The notes beneath the pieces are model-generated. The model was not told where the DNA came from and ran no database searches. It saw only the letters and a list, made by a program, of their open reading frames with translations. This document shows, piece by piece, positions 18,098 to 26,076 of a stretch of 64,000 nt of DNA. A program made the translations under genes and the position numbers. This stretch comes from Clostridia bacterium (lineage in GTDB: Bacteria > Bacillota > Clostridia > RUG12999): positions 75,753 through 139,752 of the forward strand of contig JAFTSG010000003.1 in the NCBI GenBank assembly GCA_017467445.1, given 5' to 3'. Each line of letters starts with the position of its first letter. Position 1 is the first letter of the stretch.

Positions 18098-18257
18098 AAG
18101 TAAATTATATGAATATATGATTTGCTTGTAATTATGGTATCGAGTGCAACGGCACGGGCTTAATGATTATTTAAGTTGGTGGCGGTGGCGGTGGTTTCTT
18201 TAGTGGATGCTAAAGATATTAAATAATGAATAGAGCATAAGCCTGTATTGGCTTTAA
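18098..18257 (+). ncRNA. candidate small RNA or leader (no ORF longer than 16 codons)
   Basis: Lies between a near-consensus promoter and a strong terminator. Contains a GGTGGCGGTGGCGGTGG micro-repeat. Confidence 0.35.
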
Positions 18258-18289
18258 GTGTCGTTACAATCGGTAACGGCACTTTTTTT
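18258..18289 (+). terminator. intrinsic terminator
   Basis: GTGTCGTTAC-AATCG-GTAACGGCAC followed by TTTTTTT. Confidence 0.8.
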
Positions 18290-18324
18290 GTGCAGAAATA
18301 TTTTTATAAGGGGGGGTAACGGAT

Positions 18325-18819
18325 GTGTTACATAGCGGTATTTTCAAAGAGATAGTTAAGAGAAATAAGAATTATAATGGTATCAGCATCAAGTTTACAA
18401 CTGTTGCAGTATTTATCAGGAGAGTTCTTGACTTGTTAGGGTTGTATAGTGTAGCGGATGCGGAAAATGGTATGGTTAGAGCAATTAAGGATGATGAAGA
18501 ATTTGAGATTATTGTTGACAGGACAAATCAAAGGATAGTGTTAGAGGCAGACCTTTGGAGTGTTGGCACAAGAGCCTTTGCAAAGAAGAAAGTCCAGACG
18601 CTTGAAAGACTTAACAGATATAATCAAAATTTAAACTTCGGGTATTGTATGCTTGTTGGGTTTAAGGTTATATACCATACAACAGAAAGTATCTATATGG
18701 GTGTAGATGATGCGGAAGATATGGCAGTTGCAGACGGGTTGATAAGGCATTATATGATTGATACAAAGTTAATAAAAGATATGGTATTTTCTGATGGACT
18801 TGATTGCGTCGGCACGTAA
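18325..18819 (+). CDS. hypothetical protein (element cargo)
   Basis: 164-aa ORF with a GTG start 7 nt after a G-rich RBS (AAGGGGGGG). I recognise no family. Confidence 0.45.
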   Translation: MLHSGIFKEIVKRNKNYNGISIKFTTVAVFIRRVLDLLGLYSVADAENGMVRAIKDDEEFEIIVDRTNQRIVLEADLWSVGTRAFAKKKVQTLERLNRYNQNLNFGYCMLVGFKVIYHTTESIYMGVDDAEDMAVADGLIRHYMIDTKLIKDMVFSDGLDCVGT

Positions 18820-19290
18820 GCGAAAGTGTTTGTTTAAAAGCGTTGGAAAATTTACGGTAATTTTTCAACCAACACAAATTTGCTGGATTTTCAGTAGGTA
18901 GATTTTTGAAATTTTAGTTATCGGATGCAAAAAGTGTCAAAAGTGTTGGTTTTAGTTCGGGAGTGGAATGTGAAAATTTGCAGATTATTTCAATCTTATT
19001 TATCTTATACCATTAAATAGTGGTCGCAGAAAATTAAGATTAAAGAAATCAACAAAAATTTGATTTTAACATCAAGAAAAGGTTGAAATTACGGCATTTT
19101 GTGATTTTAAAATTTGCATCGTGATTTTGTGTTGAAATGACAGTATTTTTATAAAATTACATAAAATTTGTGGTTAAGAGATGAAAAAAGAGAGTTCATA
19201 TATTTTAAGTTATGGGTACGTTCTACCTATACAGGCTACTTGTGAGGTTTGGCGTATTCAATAGATTTATTCATAAGGTAGGTGTTAAAT

Positions 19291-19881
19291 ATGGAATACG
19301 GTTATGTTCGTGTGTCAAGCAAAAGTCAGGCAGAAAATCATTCTCTAGCAGAGCAAGAACAGACAATCTTAGAAAAGTATCCTTCGGCAGAGATACGCAG
19401 AGAAGTGTTTACTGCTGCAAAAGACTTTAATAATAGACAGGTGTTTAATGACCTAATTGACAGGTTGACAGATGGGGATTGTTTGATAGTTTCCAAGATG
19501 GATAGATTTTGCCGTAATGTTCGCGAGGGGTTAGATATCATAGAACATTTGATGGATAAGGGTATTAAGATAGATATACTGAATTTAGGTGTTATAGATA
19601 ATACGCCTGTTGGCAGGTTAACTTATACAATCTTATTGTCTTTTGCAGAATTTGTGAGAAATATGATTGTAGAGCGTACACAAAGCGGTCGCGAACTTGC
19701 AAGACAAAAGGATGGGTACATAGAAGGCAGACCAAGAAAATTTAGCAACACACAACTCGCATTGGCGATGCAGTTGTTAGAAAACCATTCATATAAACAA
19801 GTTTCATCGATGACAGGTATATCAAAGAGTACACTACAAAGAGAAAAGAAAAGGACAGTTGACAAAAATAACAGGACATAA
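19291..19881 (+). CDS. small serine recombinase (resolvase/invertase family)
   Basis: [13 protein letters not shown] catalytic-Ser N-terminus, [19 protein letters not shown]-terminal HTH ([17 protein letters not shown]). ATG placed behind an AAGGTAGG RBS. Confidence 0.85.
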   Translation: MEYGYVRVSSKSQAENHSLAEQEQTILEKYPSAEIRREVFTAAKDFNNRQVFNDLIDRLTDGDCLIVSKMDRFCRNVREGLDIIEHLMDKGIKIDILNLGVIDNTPVGRLTYTILLSFAEFVRNMIVERTQSGRELARQKDGYIEGRPRKFSNTQLALAMQLLENHSYKQVSSMTGISKSTLQREKKRTVDKNNRT

Positions 19882-19993
19882 ATTTTAAAAAATTAACTAA
19901 AATCTAAAAAAATTTACTGATGAGAGCAAAACTGACTAAAATGCACACAGTTACCTTAAATTAAGTATCAATTCGTAAGGGAGGGTACTTAAA

Positions 19994-20212
19994 ATGGGTA
20001 GTGCATTAAGACAACCTTATAACGCATATACATCTATTGGTGGTGTTATGCCTATGGGAAATAAAGTTAATGTTGTTCTTTCAGATAAAGAGAAAGAGAA
20101 CTTAAATCACAGTCTTAAATCTTCTGTATATAAAGAATTATATAGAAAGTCTCTTATTACAGATAGAGAGTTAAGATTATTGTTAGAAAAAGCGCCTAAA
20201 TTTTTAAATTAG
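19994..20212 (+). CDS. small hypothetical protein (candidate accessory or directionality factor)
   Basis: 72-aa ORF with a GGGAGGG RBS, directly upstream of the large recombinase gene. Confidence 0.4.
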   Translation: MGSALRQPYNAYTSIGGVMPMGNKVNVVLSDKEKENLNHSLKSSVYKELYRKSLITDRELRLLLEKAPKFLN

Positions 20213-20225
20213 GGGCTGAGATATC

Positions 20226-20258
20226 GGAGTGGTTGCGTTATAATACAGTGACCACTCC
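20226..20258. promoter_or_regulatory. inverted repeat enclosing a TATAAT box upstream of the large recombinase gene
   Basis: GGAGTGGT (20226-20233), 17-nt spacer, ACCACTCC (20251-20258). TATAAT at 20239-20244 lies in the spacer. Confidence 0.35.
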
Positions 20259-20299
20259 ACAAATACATTAGAAAAATAGTTAAGTGAGGTTAAAGAATT

Positions 20300-21982
20300 A
20301 TGGTAGATTTGAAAAGATTAAGTAGTAGTAACGTAGTAGCATTTAGTCCTTTTAATGTGTTAAATGATGCAAAGGCGTTGCGCGTAGCCGCTTATGCAAG
20401 GGTTAGTACAGATAAAGATGACCAAGCCAATAGTTTTGAAAGTCAGGTTAAATATTTTACAGAGTTTATTGACAAACAAGAAAATTGGCAGTTGGTTAAG
20501 GTTTATAGTGATGATGGTATTTCAGGAACATCAACCAAAAATCGTGTTGGGTTTAACTCAATGATAGATGATGTTACGGCAGGTAAAATTGATTTTATTA
20601 TAACAAAAGAGGTTTCGCGCTTTGCCAGAAATACAGTTGATACATTGCAGGTAACAAGAGACCTGAAAGAAATGGGTGTTGGAGTTTACTTTATGCTTGA
20701 TAACATTAACACACTTGACAAAGATGGCGAACTTCGCTTGACGCTTATGGCATCTCTTGCACAAGAAGAAAGCAGAAAGACATCAGAACGCGTCAAGTGG
20801 GGGCAGAAAAGACAAATGGAAATGGGTGTTGTCTTTGGTCGCAGCCTGCTTGGGTATAAAGTAGTTGAAGGTAAGTTATATCTGGTTGAAGAAGAAGCAG
20901 AAATTGTTAGAAAGATATTCCATAAATACCTCAATGAAGGTAAAGGTACTCATATAATAGCAAGGGAACTTAAAGAAGAAGGTATCAAGACGTATAACCC
21001 TGATGGTCGTGCAAAATATAAGAATGATTGGTCAAACACACAGATTTTGCGTGTTCTTCGCAATGAGAAATATGTTGGAGATTTGGTGCAAAAAAAGACT
21101 TGGACACAAAACTTTTTAGACCACAAGAAAAGGTATAACAGGGATAATGAAGAGATGGTTAGAATTGAAAACCACCATCCAGAGATTGCAATTATATCAA
21201 GGGATATGTGGAATGCGACACAAGCGGAGTTGCAACGTCGTACGACAACGGCAGAACAGAAATCTAAACATAGTAATAGGTATTGGGCATCAGGTAAAAT
21301 CTATTGTGGGGTATGTGGCGAAAGATTTGTAAACAAAATAAAAAAGACATCAGCAGGCACATCAAGGGCTTGGAATTGTATGAACCATATCAAACCACAC
21401 GCTTTTCGTAATGCAGAGTGTTCTATGTCAGAATGGGCAAGTGACAGGAGTATGAAGAATATTGTTCTTTATATCCTTAATATGTTAGTTGAGAGCAAAG
21501 ATGAACTTAAGACAGAGATTGTAAAGGAGATTTCGCAGTTAAATCTCGAACAAAAAGTTAAGTCAACAGATGATATTCAAGATAAAATTGACAGATTAGA
21601 ACAGAAAAAATTAAAATTGATTGACATTAGAACAGAGGGTGAAATCTCAAAGGAAGATTTTATGAAAAAGATAACTCAATTTGAAACAGAGATTTCAGAG
21701 TTGAAGATACAGTTAGAAGAAATAAAAGAACTTGCTACCACTAAACAACGTCAGCAGGATAGGATGGATAGTATTATCAAGGAAATTGACAAGGTATTGC
21801 AGTTAGATAGTGAAGATTTGGATGAACTGTTAGGAACAGTTACACAAAGTATAACAGTTTATGAAGGTCATACTGTTGTAGTAAGGCTTAAGGATGTACC
21901 TTTTAATTTCAAGGTAGTCTATAAGTCAACAGGTAAATTAGATACATATAGAACAGAGATTTTAAGTCTTGAAGTGGTATAA
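20300..21982 (+). CDS. large serine recombinase (SpoIVCA-like)
   Basis: 560 aa. RVAAYARVSTDKDDQANSFESQ catalytic N-terminus, YSDDGISGTS, recombinase domain, Cys-containing zinc-ribbon region and a C-terminal coiled coil. Confidence 0.9.
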   Translation: MVDLKRLSSSNVVAFSPFNVLNDAKALRVAAYARVSTDKDDQANSFESQVKYFTEFIDKQENWQLVKVYSDDGISGTSTKNRVGFNSMIDDVTAGKIDFIITKEVSRFARNTVDTLQVTRDLKEMGVGVYFMLDNINTLDKDGELRLTLMASLAQEESRKTSERVKWGQKRQMEMGVVFGRSLLGYKVVEGKLYLVEEEAEIVRKIFHKYLNEGKGTHIIARELKEEGIKTYNPDGRAKYKNDWSNTQILRVLRNEKYVGDLVQKKTWTQNFLDHKKRYNRDNEEMVRIENHHPEIAIISRDMWNATQAELQRRTTTAEQKSKHSNRYWASGKIYCGVCGERFVNKIKKTSAGTSRAWNCMNHIKPHAFRNAECSMSEWASDRSMKNIVLYILNMLVESKDELKTEIVKEISQLNLEQKVKSTDDIQDKIDRLEQKKLKLIDIRTEGEISKEDFMKKITQFETEISELKIQLEEIKELATTKQRQQDRMDSIIKEIDKVLQLDSEDLDELLGTVTQSITVYEGHTVVVRLKDVPFNFKVVYKSTGKLDTYRTEILSLEVV

Positions 21983-22057
21983 AGAAAATGGCAAAGCATA
22001 CTGATTTCAGTAGGCTTTGCCTATCTTTGTATAAAGGAGCAAAATCGTCGCTGATAG

Positions 22058-22243
22058 ACCTATATCCGTCAGGATTGCTTTTGCCATATCGTCTTCCATA
22101 TGGTAACGTTGCGACAGATAGCGAAGTGATGCCGCAATTTCACCATTTGGTCCACCGTACTGTGAAATGATGTAAGCGGCAAGTTTAGGGTTTGTATTTT
22201 TGATTTTTATCGGGTACTGCAATTTTTTAAGATAATTCCACAT
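22058..22243 (-). CDS. cotJC: cotJC, 5' segment of a split gene
   Basis: MWNYLKKLQYPIKIKNTNPKLAAYIISQYGGPNGEIAASLRYLSQRY...AILTDIG is a Mn-catalase/CotJC N-terminus. After G62 the frame runs into element DNA and stops at 22007. Confidence 0.85.
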
Positions 22244-22259
22244 AGTTTTACCTCTCCTT

Positions 22260-22505
22260 TCAATCCTTTTCCCAAGGCCACGGACCGTCCATCCATGCCC
22301 ATCTTTCGGAATTCATATTGTTTTCACTTCTGAGAGGACCATAATCATCCTCGTATTCTTCTACAAGGTCTTCAAGCTTTTCGGCAACAGATTTGTGCAT
22401 TGCCAATGCCTTTTTGTCGGTAGGATTGGTGTCCAGAAACAGGTTTAGTTCTTTTTCTACAAATGCATATTCCATTATTTCCTGTAACAAATCTTCTCTT
22501 GACAT
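22260..22505 (-). CDS. cotJB: spore coat protein CotJB
   Basis: 81 aa. LLQEIMEYAFVEKELNLFLDTNPTDKKAL...YEDDYGPL matches CotJB in size and pattern; positioned between cotJA and cotJC. Confidence 0.8.
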   Translation of the reverse strand: MSREDLLQEIMEYAFVEKELNLFLDTNPTDKKALAMHKSVAEKLEDLVEEYEDDYGPLRSENNMNSERWAWMDGPWPWEKD

Positions 22506-23119
22506 CAGTCTTCCTCCTTCATTTCATAAACATTTTTCGGCAAATCCAGAATTTTGAAGAGTGTTCCCCGTTTAAGTGCTCTGTGAGGTTCATTAACTCC
22601 TTCAAAATCATGTGGTTTTACACAGGCATATCCTGTTCGCATACAACCGCACGGCTGCATCGGTTTTGGGGACTCGGGTCTTTCCGGTCTTTGTGGAGGA
22701 CGGTTTTCCTGCATTGGTGGACGATTTTCCGGTCTTTGCGGAGGACGGTTTTCCTGCATCGGAGGACGATTTTCCGGTCTTTGCGGAGGACGGTTTTCCT
22801 GCATTGGTGGACGATTTTCCGGTCTCTGCGGAGGACGGTTTTCCGGTCTCTGGGGGCGCATCTGCCCGTTATTTCCGTTATTACCATTATTGCCGTTTGG
22901 CGGACGCTGTGGGCGTTGCTGACTTATTGTGGGAACACTCCACATATCGTCCTCCTCGCTACCTTCCGGCGTGCCATGAATAGAACGAAATCCGTTATTC
23001 ATATCATAGTTATACATATCATCTGTCATTCCACGACCTGTAATGTCCATAAGTCGTCTCATGATTTCATCTGCACCGTTAGTTCTATCGTTTCCGTTAT
23101 TATACATAACTACCTCCAT
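22505..23119 (-). CDS. cotJA: spore coat-associated protein CotJA with an expanded proline-rich repeat region
   Basis: C-terminal GYACVKPHDFEGVNEPHRALKRGTLFKILDLP resembles the CotJA signature. First gene of the cotJABC order. Confidence 0.7.
   Translation of the reverse strand: MEVVMYNNGNDRTNGADEIMRRLMDITGRGMTDDMYNYDMNNGFRSIHGTPEGSEEDDMWSVPTISQQRPQRPPNGNNGNNGNNGQMRPQRPENRPPQRPENRPPMQENRPPQRPENRPPMQENRPPQRPENRPPMQENRPPQRPERPESPKPMQPCGCMRTGYACVKPHDFEGVNEPHRALKRGTLFKILDLPKNVYEMKEED
22686..22866. repeat. 45-bp tandem repeat, 3 full copies plus a partial one, inside cotJA
   Basis: Units start at 22686, 22731, 22776 and 22821 (GGTCTTTGCGGAGGACGGTTTTCCTGCATYGGWGGACGATTTTCC). Encodes ENRPPQRPENRPPMQ on the minus strand. 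Confidence 0.9.
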
Positions 23120-23158
23120 TTGAAATTTTTGTACACAGTTGTACAGTAACCATTTTAT

Positions 23159-23698
23159 TCATTTGGCACAAGAATTGTTACAAAAAAGCCTGCCGGCAAT
23201 TTCAATAGCATTGTCCATATCCTTAACTTCAACATCGGGGATAACTCCCATTCCGATAATTTTTCTTCCGCCAGGTGTTGTGTAAATTCCCTTTGACATA
23301 ACTATTCCACCGCGCCGTTTTTCTTCCGCAAGGCGACTGAACGTTCCTTTGCCGTAAGTTTTTTCTCCGATTATTACTGCCGCACCCCATTCCTGCATTG
23401 TGGCGGCAAAGGCTTCCGCCGCACTGGCACTGTTTTTATTTACAATAATAACAAGGTTGTATTTACCAAAAGTTTTATTTTCAGAAAAATATGTTTTGCT
23501 GTTATTTACTTTAAGTACAGGTCCTTTGGGTGCAAACAGATTAAACAGTCCCATAAGTTCGTCGTGTGCACCACCTGGATTATCACAAAGGTCTATTATT
23601 ATGTTGTTTGTGTTAAGCGTTTTAAGTAATTGCTTCGTTTTTAAAGTTGTTCCTTTTGAAAAAGAGTCTATTTTTATATATCCTGTTATCATACACAC
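23159..23698 (-). CDS. S41-peptidase catalytic-domain protein lacking N-terminal and PDZ regions (truncated paralog)
   Basis: 179 aa. IIDLCDNPGG, SASAAEAF (catalytic Ser) and YGKGT (Lys) blocks align with ORF 26077-27516. There is no PDZ or signal sequence. Confidence 0.65.
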   Translation of the reverse strand: MCMITGYIKIDSFSKGTTLKTKQLLKTLNTNNIIIDLCDNPGGAHDELMGLFNLFAPKGPVLKVNNSKTYFSENKTFGKYNLVIIVNKNSASAAEAFAATMQEWGAAVIIGEKTYGKGTFSRLAEEKRRGGIVMSKGIYTTPGGRKIIGMGVIPDVEVKDMDNAIEIAGRLFCNNSCAK

Positions 23699-23724
23699 CT
23701 CCCCTTGCAGTATATGATAACAAA

Positions 23725-23766
23725 TAAAAAAACGGTCCTGACCAATGGTCAGAACCGCCTTTTTTA
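23725..23766. terminator. bidirectional terminator
   Basis: CGGTCCTGACC-AAT-GGTCAGAACCG hairpin flanked by an A-run and a T-run. Confidence 0.7.
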
Positions 23767-23773
23767 TTATTTA

Positions 23774-23944
23774 TTATTCCTGTTCAGGTGCGCCTACGGG
23801 ACAAACTTCTGCGCATGTTCCGCAATCGATGCAAGCATCTTTATCGATTACATATACAGAATCTCCTGCAGAAATGCAAGATACCGGGCAATCTCCTTCA
23901 CATGCACCACAGCTGATGCACTGATCTGAAATTACATATGCCAT
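23774..23944 (-). CDS. fdx: 2[4Fe-4S] clostridial-type ferredoxin (56 aa; below the ORF-track size cutoff)
   Basis: Hand translation gives MAYVISDQCISCGACEGDCPVSCISAGDSVYVIDKDACIDCGTCAEVCPVGAPEQE, with two CxxCxxCxxxCP motifs. Confidence 0.85.
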   Translation of the reverse strand: MAYVISDQCISCGACEGDCPVSCISAGDSVYVIDKDACIDCGTCAEVCPVGAPEQE

Positions 23945-24063
23945 TAGAAACACCTCCCCCTTGATTGTTCTTTATTGAATTATATCACATTAAAATATAA
24001 TTTTCAAGTACTAAATTTCTTCGAGTTTCTTAAGTTCTTTAAGCTCGTCGGCGCTTACATCCT

Positions 24064-24882
24064 CTACCTTTTATTGGTGTTTTTGAGAATTTTGATTTCA
24101 TCTATCGAATATTCTTTCGGCGGATGGTCGCTCGAGAGTTTTACCCCTACTTTTTTCTGCAGAATTTCCACCTTTACAACACTGCCTTCGCCATCGGGTG
24201 TTTTAACAAGAGCACCGTAACCCGGCAAATCTTTTGCAAGAGCATCATAGGTGTCCTGCTCGTATTTAAGGCAACACATAAGTCTGCCGCAGGTACCCGA
24301 AATTTTTGTCGGGTTAAGCGAAAGACTTTGTTCTTTTGCCATTTTGATTGAAACGGGAATAAACTCGCCAAGGAAGCTGTTACAGCAAAGACGTCTGCCG
24401 CACACACCGAGTCCGCCAAGCATTTTAGCTTCGTCACGCACACCTATCTGGCGAAGTTCAATTCTTGTTCTGAAAATTGAAGCAAGGTCTTTAACAAGGT
24501 CACGGAAATCCACTCTGCCGTCTGCAGTAAAGTAGAACAGCAGTTTTCCACCGTCAAAGGTATATTCCGTATCAATAAGTTTCATATCAAGATTATGCTT
24601 TCTTATTCTTTCAAGCGCGGTATAGAAAGCTTCTTTTTCCTTTTGAACGTTACGCTCCTCCTGTTTTAAATCTGCTTCGGTTGCTTTTCTTATAACAGGT
24701 TTAAGCGGAACGGAAATTTCACCATCCTCTACCTGACGGTTGGAAAGAACAACAACGCCTATTTCAACACCGCGCTGTGTTTCCACAATTACATATTCAC
24801 TTTCTTCAAACTTCGTTTTGCAAGGGTCAAAATAATATATCTTGCCGACTTTTTTAAAACGAACTCCTACTATTTCTACCAT
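24064..24882 (-). CDS. ricT: PSP1-domain protein RicT/YaaT (stage 0 sporulation)
   Basis: 272 aa. MVEIVGVRFKKVGKIYYFDP N-terminus and the Cys cluster CGRRLCC...CGRLMCCLKYE. Confidence 0.9.
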   Translation of the reverse strand: MVEIVGVRFKKVGKIYYFDPCKTKFEESEYVIVETQRGVEIGVVVLSNRQVEDGEISVPLKPVIRKATEADLKQEERNVQKEKEAFYTALERIRKHNLDMKLIDTEYTFDGGKLLFYFTADGRVDFRDLVKDLASIFRTRIELRQIGVRDEAKMLGGLGVCGRRLCCNSFLGEFIPVSIKMAKEQSLSLNPTKISGTCGRLMCCLKYEQDTYDALAKDLPGYGALVKTPDGEGSVVKVEILQKKVGVKLSSDHPPKEYSIDEIKILKNTNKR

Positions 24883-25837
24883 TGAGTACCTCCCAGCATC
24901 CGTTTGAAAGAGCAGTTATAAGAATGCCATAATTAACATTCCTGCTATGCATTTTCTGTGCTTCTGTTATATACTGAGTTGCTTTAAATGCGCCGAAAAG
25001 CTCTGTTTTTTCTGCAAGGCGCACCAAGCTTTCTGTTTTATCTTTATTACCAAGTAAATCTTTTTGGCCTAATTTGATAAAAACAATATCACGGAAAAAA
25101 GCGAGCATTATATCAAGAATTTTTCCTGATTCATCTTTATTTTTTTCAAAAAAATTTACTGTATCAAATATGCAAATCTGATTAGTTCCAATAAGATTTT
25201 CAATCTGGTGCAGGCAGTTATCCCTCATTTCAAGGTAAGTTTCGTCACCCGACAGGGCAAGTGCTTTTCCGATATTGTTTTCGGATGCCGCTATAAGCGC
25301 ACTTTCGCCGCCAAGCACTTTTTTTACATCCGCTTCCGTATATGGTGTAAGCGAAAGTTTCATAACTCTTGATAAAATTGTATCAAGAAGAAGCTCGGCA
25401 TTCTGGATAAGAATGATAAAAACAACATATTCCGGCGGTTCTTCCAGCACTTTAAGAAGTGCGTTCTGCGCTTCCTTCGTTATACCGTCCGCATCGGGAA
25501 TTATTACCACTTTTTTATCCGCCATATAAGGTTTTATGCTTATGCTTTTAATGACCTGCCTTATATCGTCAACACCGATTTGCTTTTTTTCGGGCAAAAC
25601 TGTTATGATATCCGGATGTGAGCCACCCGAAGAAAGCCTGCACGATTCACAGACTCCGCACGAGGATTTGCCATCACACACAAGATAGGCGGCAAATGTA
25701 TTTGCAATAAGCTTTTTGCCCATACCCTTGTCCCCTTCGATAACGTAAGCATGGCTTACTTTACCGCGGCGGATTGAGGTAAGTAAAAAACTTTTTATTA
25801 GTTCCTGACCGATTATGTCATCAAACTTATTGCTCAT
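24854..25837 (-). CDS. holB: DNA polymerase III subunit delta'
   Basis: 327 aa. HAYVIEGDKGMGK, zinc module CGVCESCRLSSGGSHPD, LLKVLEEPP, SRV motif. Overlaps ricT, matching the conserved holB-yaaT order. Confidence 0.9.
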   Translation of the reverse strand: MSNKFDDIIGQELIKSFLLTSIRRGKVSHAYVIEGDKGMGKKLIANTFAAYLVCDGKSSCGVCESCRLSSGGSHPDIITVLPEKKQIGVDDIRQVIKSISIKPYMADKKVVIIPDADGITKEAQNALLKVLEEPPEYVVFIILIQNAELLLDTILSRVMKLSLTPYTEADVKKVLGGESALIAASENNIGKALALSGDETYLEMRDNCLHQIENLIGTNQICIFDTVNFFEKNKDESGKILDIMLAFFRDIVFIKLGQKDLLGNKDKTESLVRLAEKTELFGAFKATQYITEAQKMHSRNVNYGILITALSNGCWEVLNGRNSRSSF

Positions 25838-25856
25838 TACAGCCTGACCTTCCTTT

Positions 25857-26033
25857 AAGCCGAGGGGAATCGAGCCCCATAAGCCTTAAACTTGTTAAAT
25901 TTTCATTCTTGAAACTTGTCGTCCTTGCAAGGCGTCAGCCTTGCTTCGTCCTTCGCATTCCAATTATATAAAATTTTCCTGCGTTTAATATCGAAGAGTT
26001 TAAAACCTTGTGGTGTTCGATTCCACTCGGCTT
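25857..26033 (-). promoter_or_regulatory. structured 5' leader or inverted-repeat element upstream of holB
   Basis: AAGCCGA (25857-25863) pairs with TCGGCTT (26027-26033). Adjacent hairpins are GGGG-AATCGAG-CCCC and GTGG-TGTTCGATT-CCAC, with a central GCAAGGC-TGAC-GCCTTGC hairpin. Confidence 0.4.
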
Positions 26034-26047
26034 CGGACATCTTTTTT

Positions 26048-26076
26048 ATTTTAACACAGATAACGTTTTGTGTCAA
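26048..26076 (-). promoter_or_regulatory. sigma-A-type promoter reading into the holB leader
   Basis: Minus strand reads TTGACA (26071-26076), 17-nt spacer, TGtTAAAAT (26048-26053). Confidence 0.6.

Larger units (their letters stand above)
16608..22061. mobile_element. cotJC-intervening element (~5.45 kb) with a large serine recombinase
   Basis: Bounded by a CCT triplet at both junctions (16608-16610, 22059-22061). Carries serine recombinases at 19291-19881 and 20300-21982. Its removal restores cotJC in frame. Confidence 0.75.

Noticed and set aside
18170-18200. A T-box leader, suggested by GGUGG-containing sequence (GTTGGTGGCGGTGGCGGTGG) upstream of a terminator
   Set aside because: It lacks the conserved T-box sequence (..GGGUGGUACCGCG..) and recognisable Stem I or specifier features. 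It is a simple hexanucleotide micro-repeat.
22463-23149. Long plus-strand ORFs (228, 123 and 89 aa) with striking repetitive translations, lying across the cotJA repeat region
   Set aside because: They are antisense or alternate-frame shadows of the 45-bp tandem repeat. The minus-strand frame carries the CotJA C-terminal signature and fits the cotJABC operon.
25865-26033. Possible tRNA, tmRNA or SRP RNA, because of UUCGAUU-type T-loop sequences and a 7-bp closing stem
   Set aside because: No cloverleaf can be drawn: there is no D-arm or anticodon arm, the T stems have only 4 bp, and there is no CCA or discriminator context. At 177 nt it is too short for tmRNA, and it lacks the SRP domain IV consensus. 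It is kept only as an unclassified leader/IR element.
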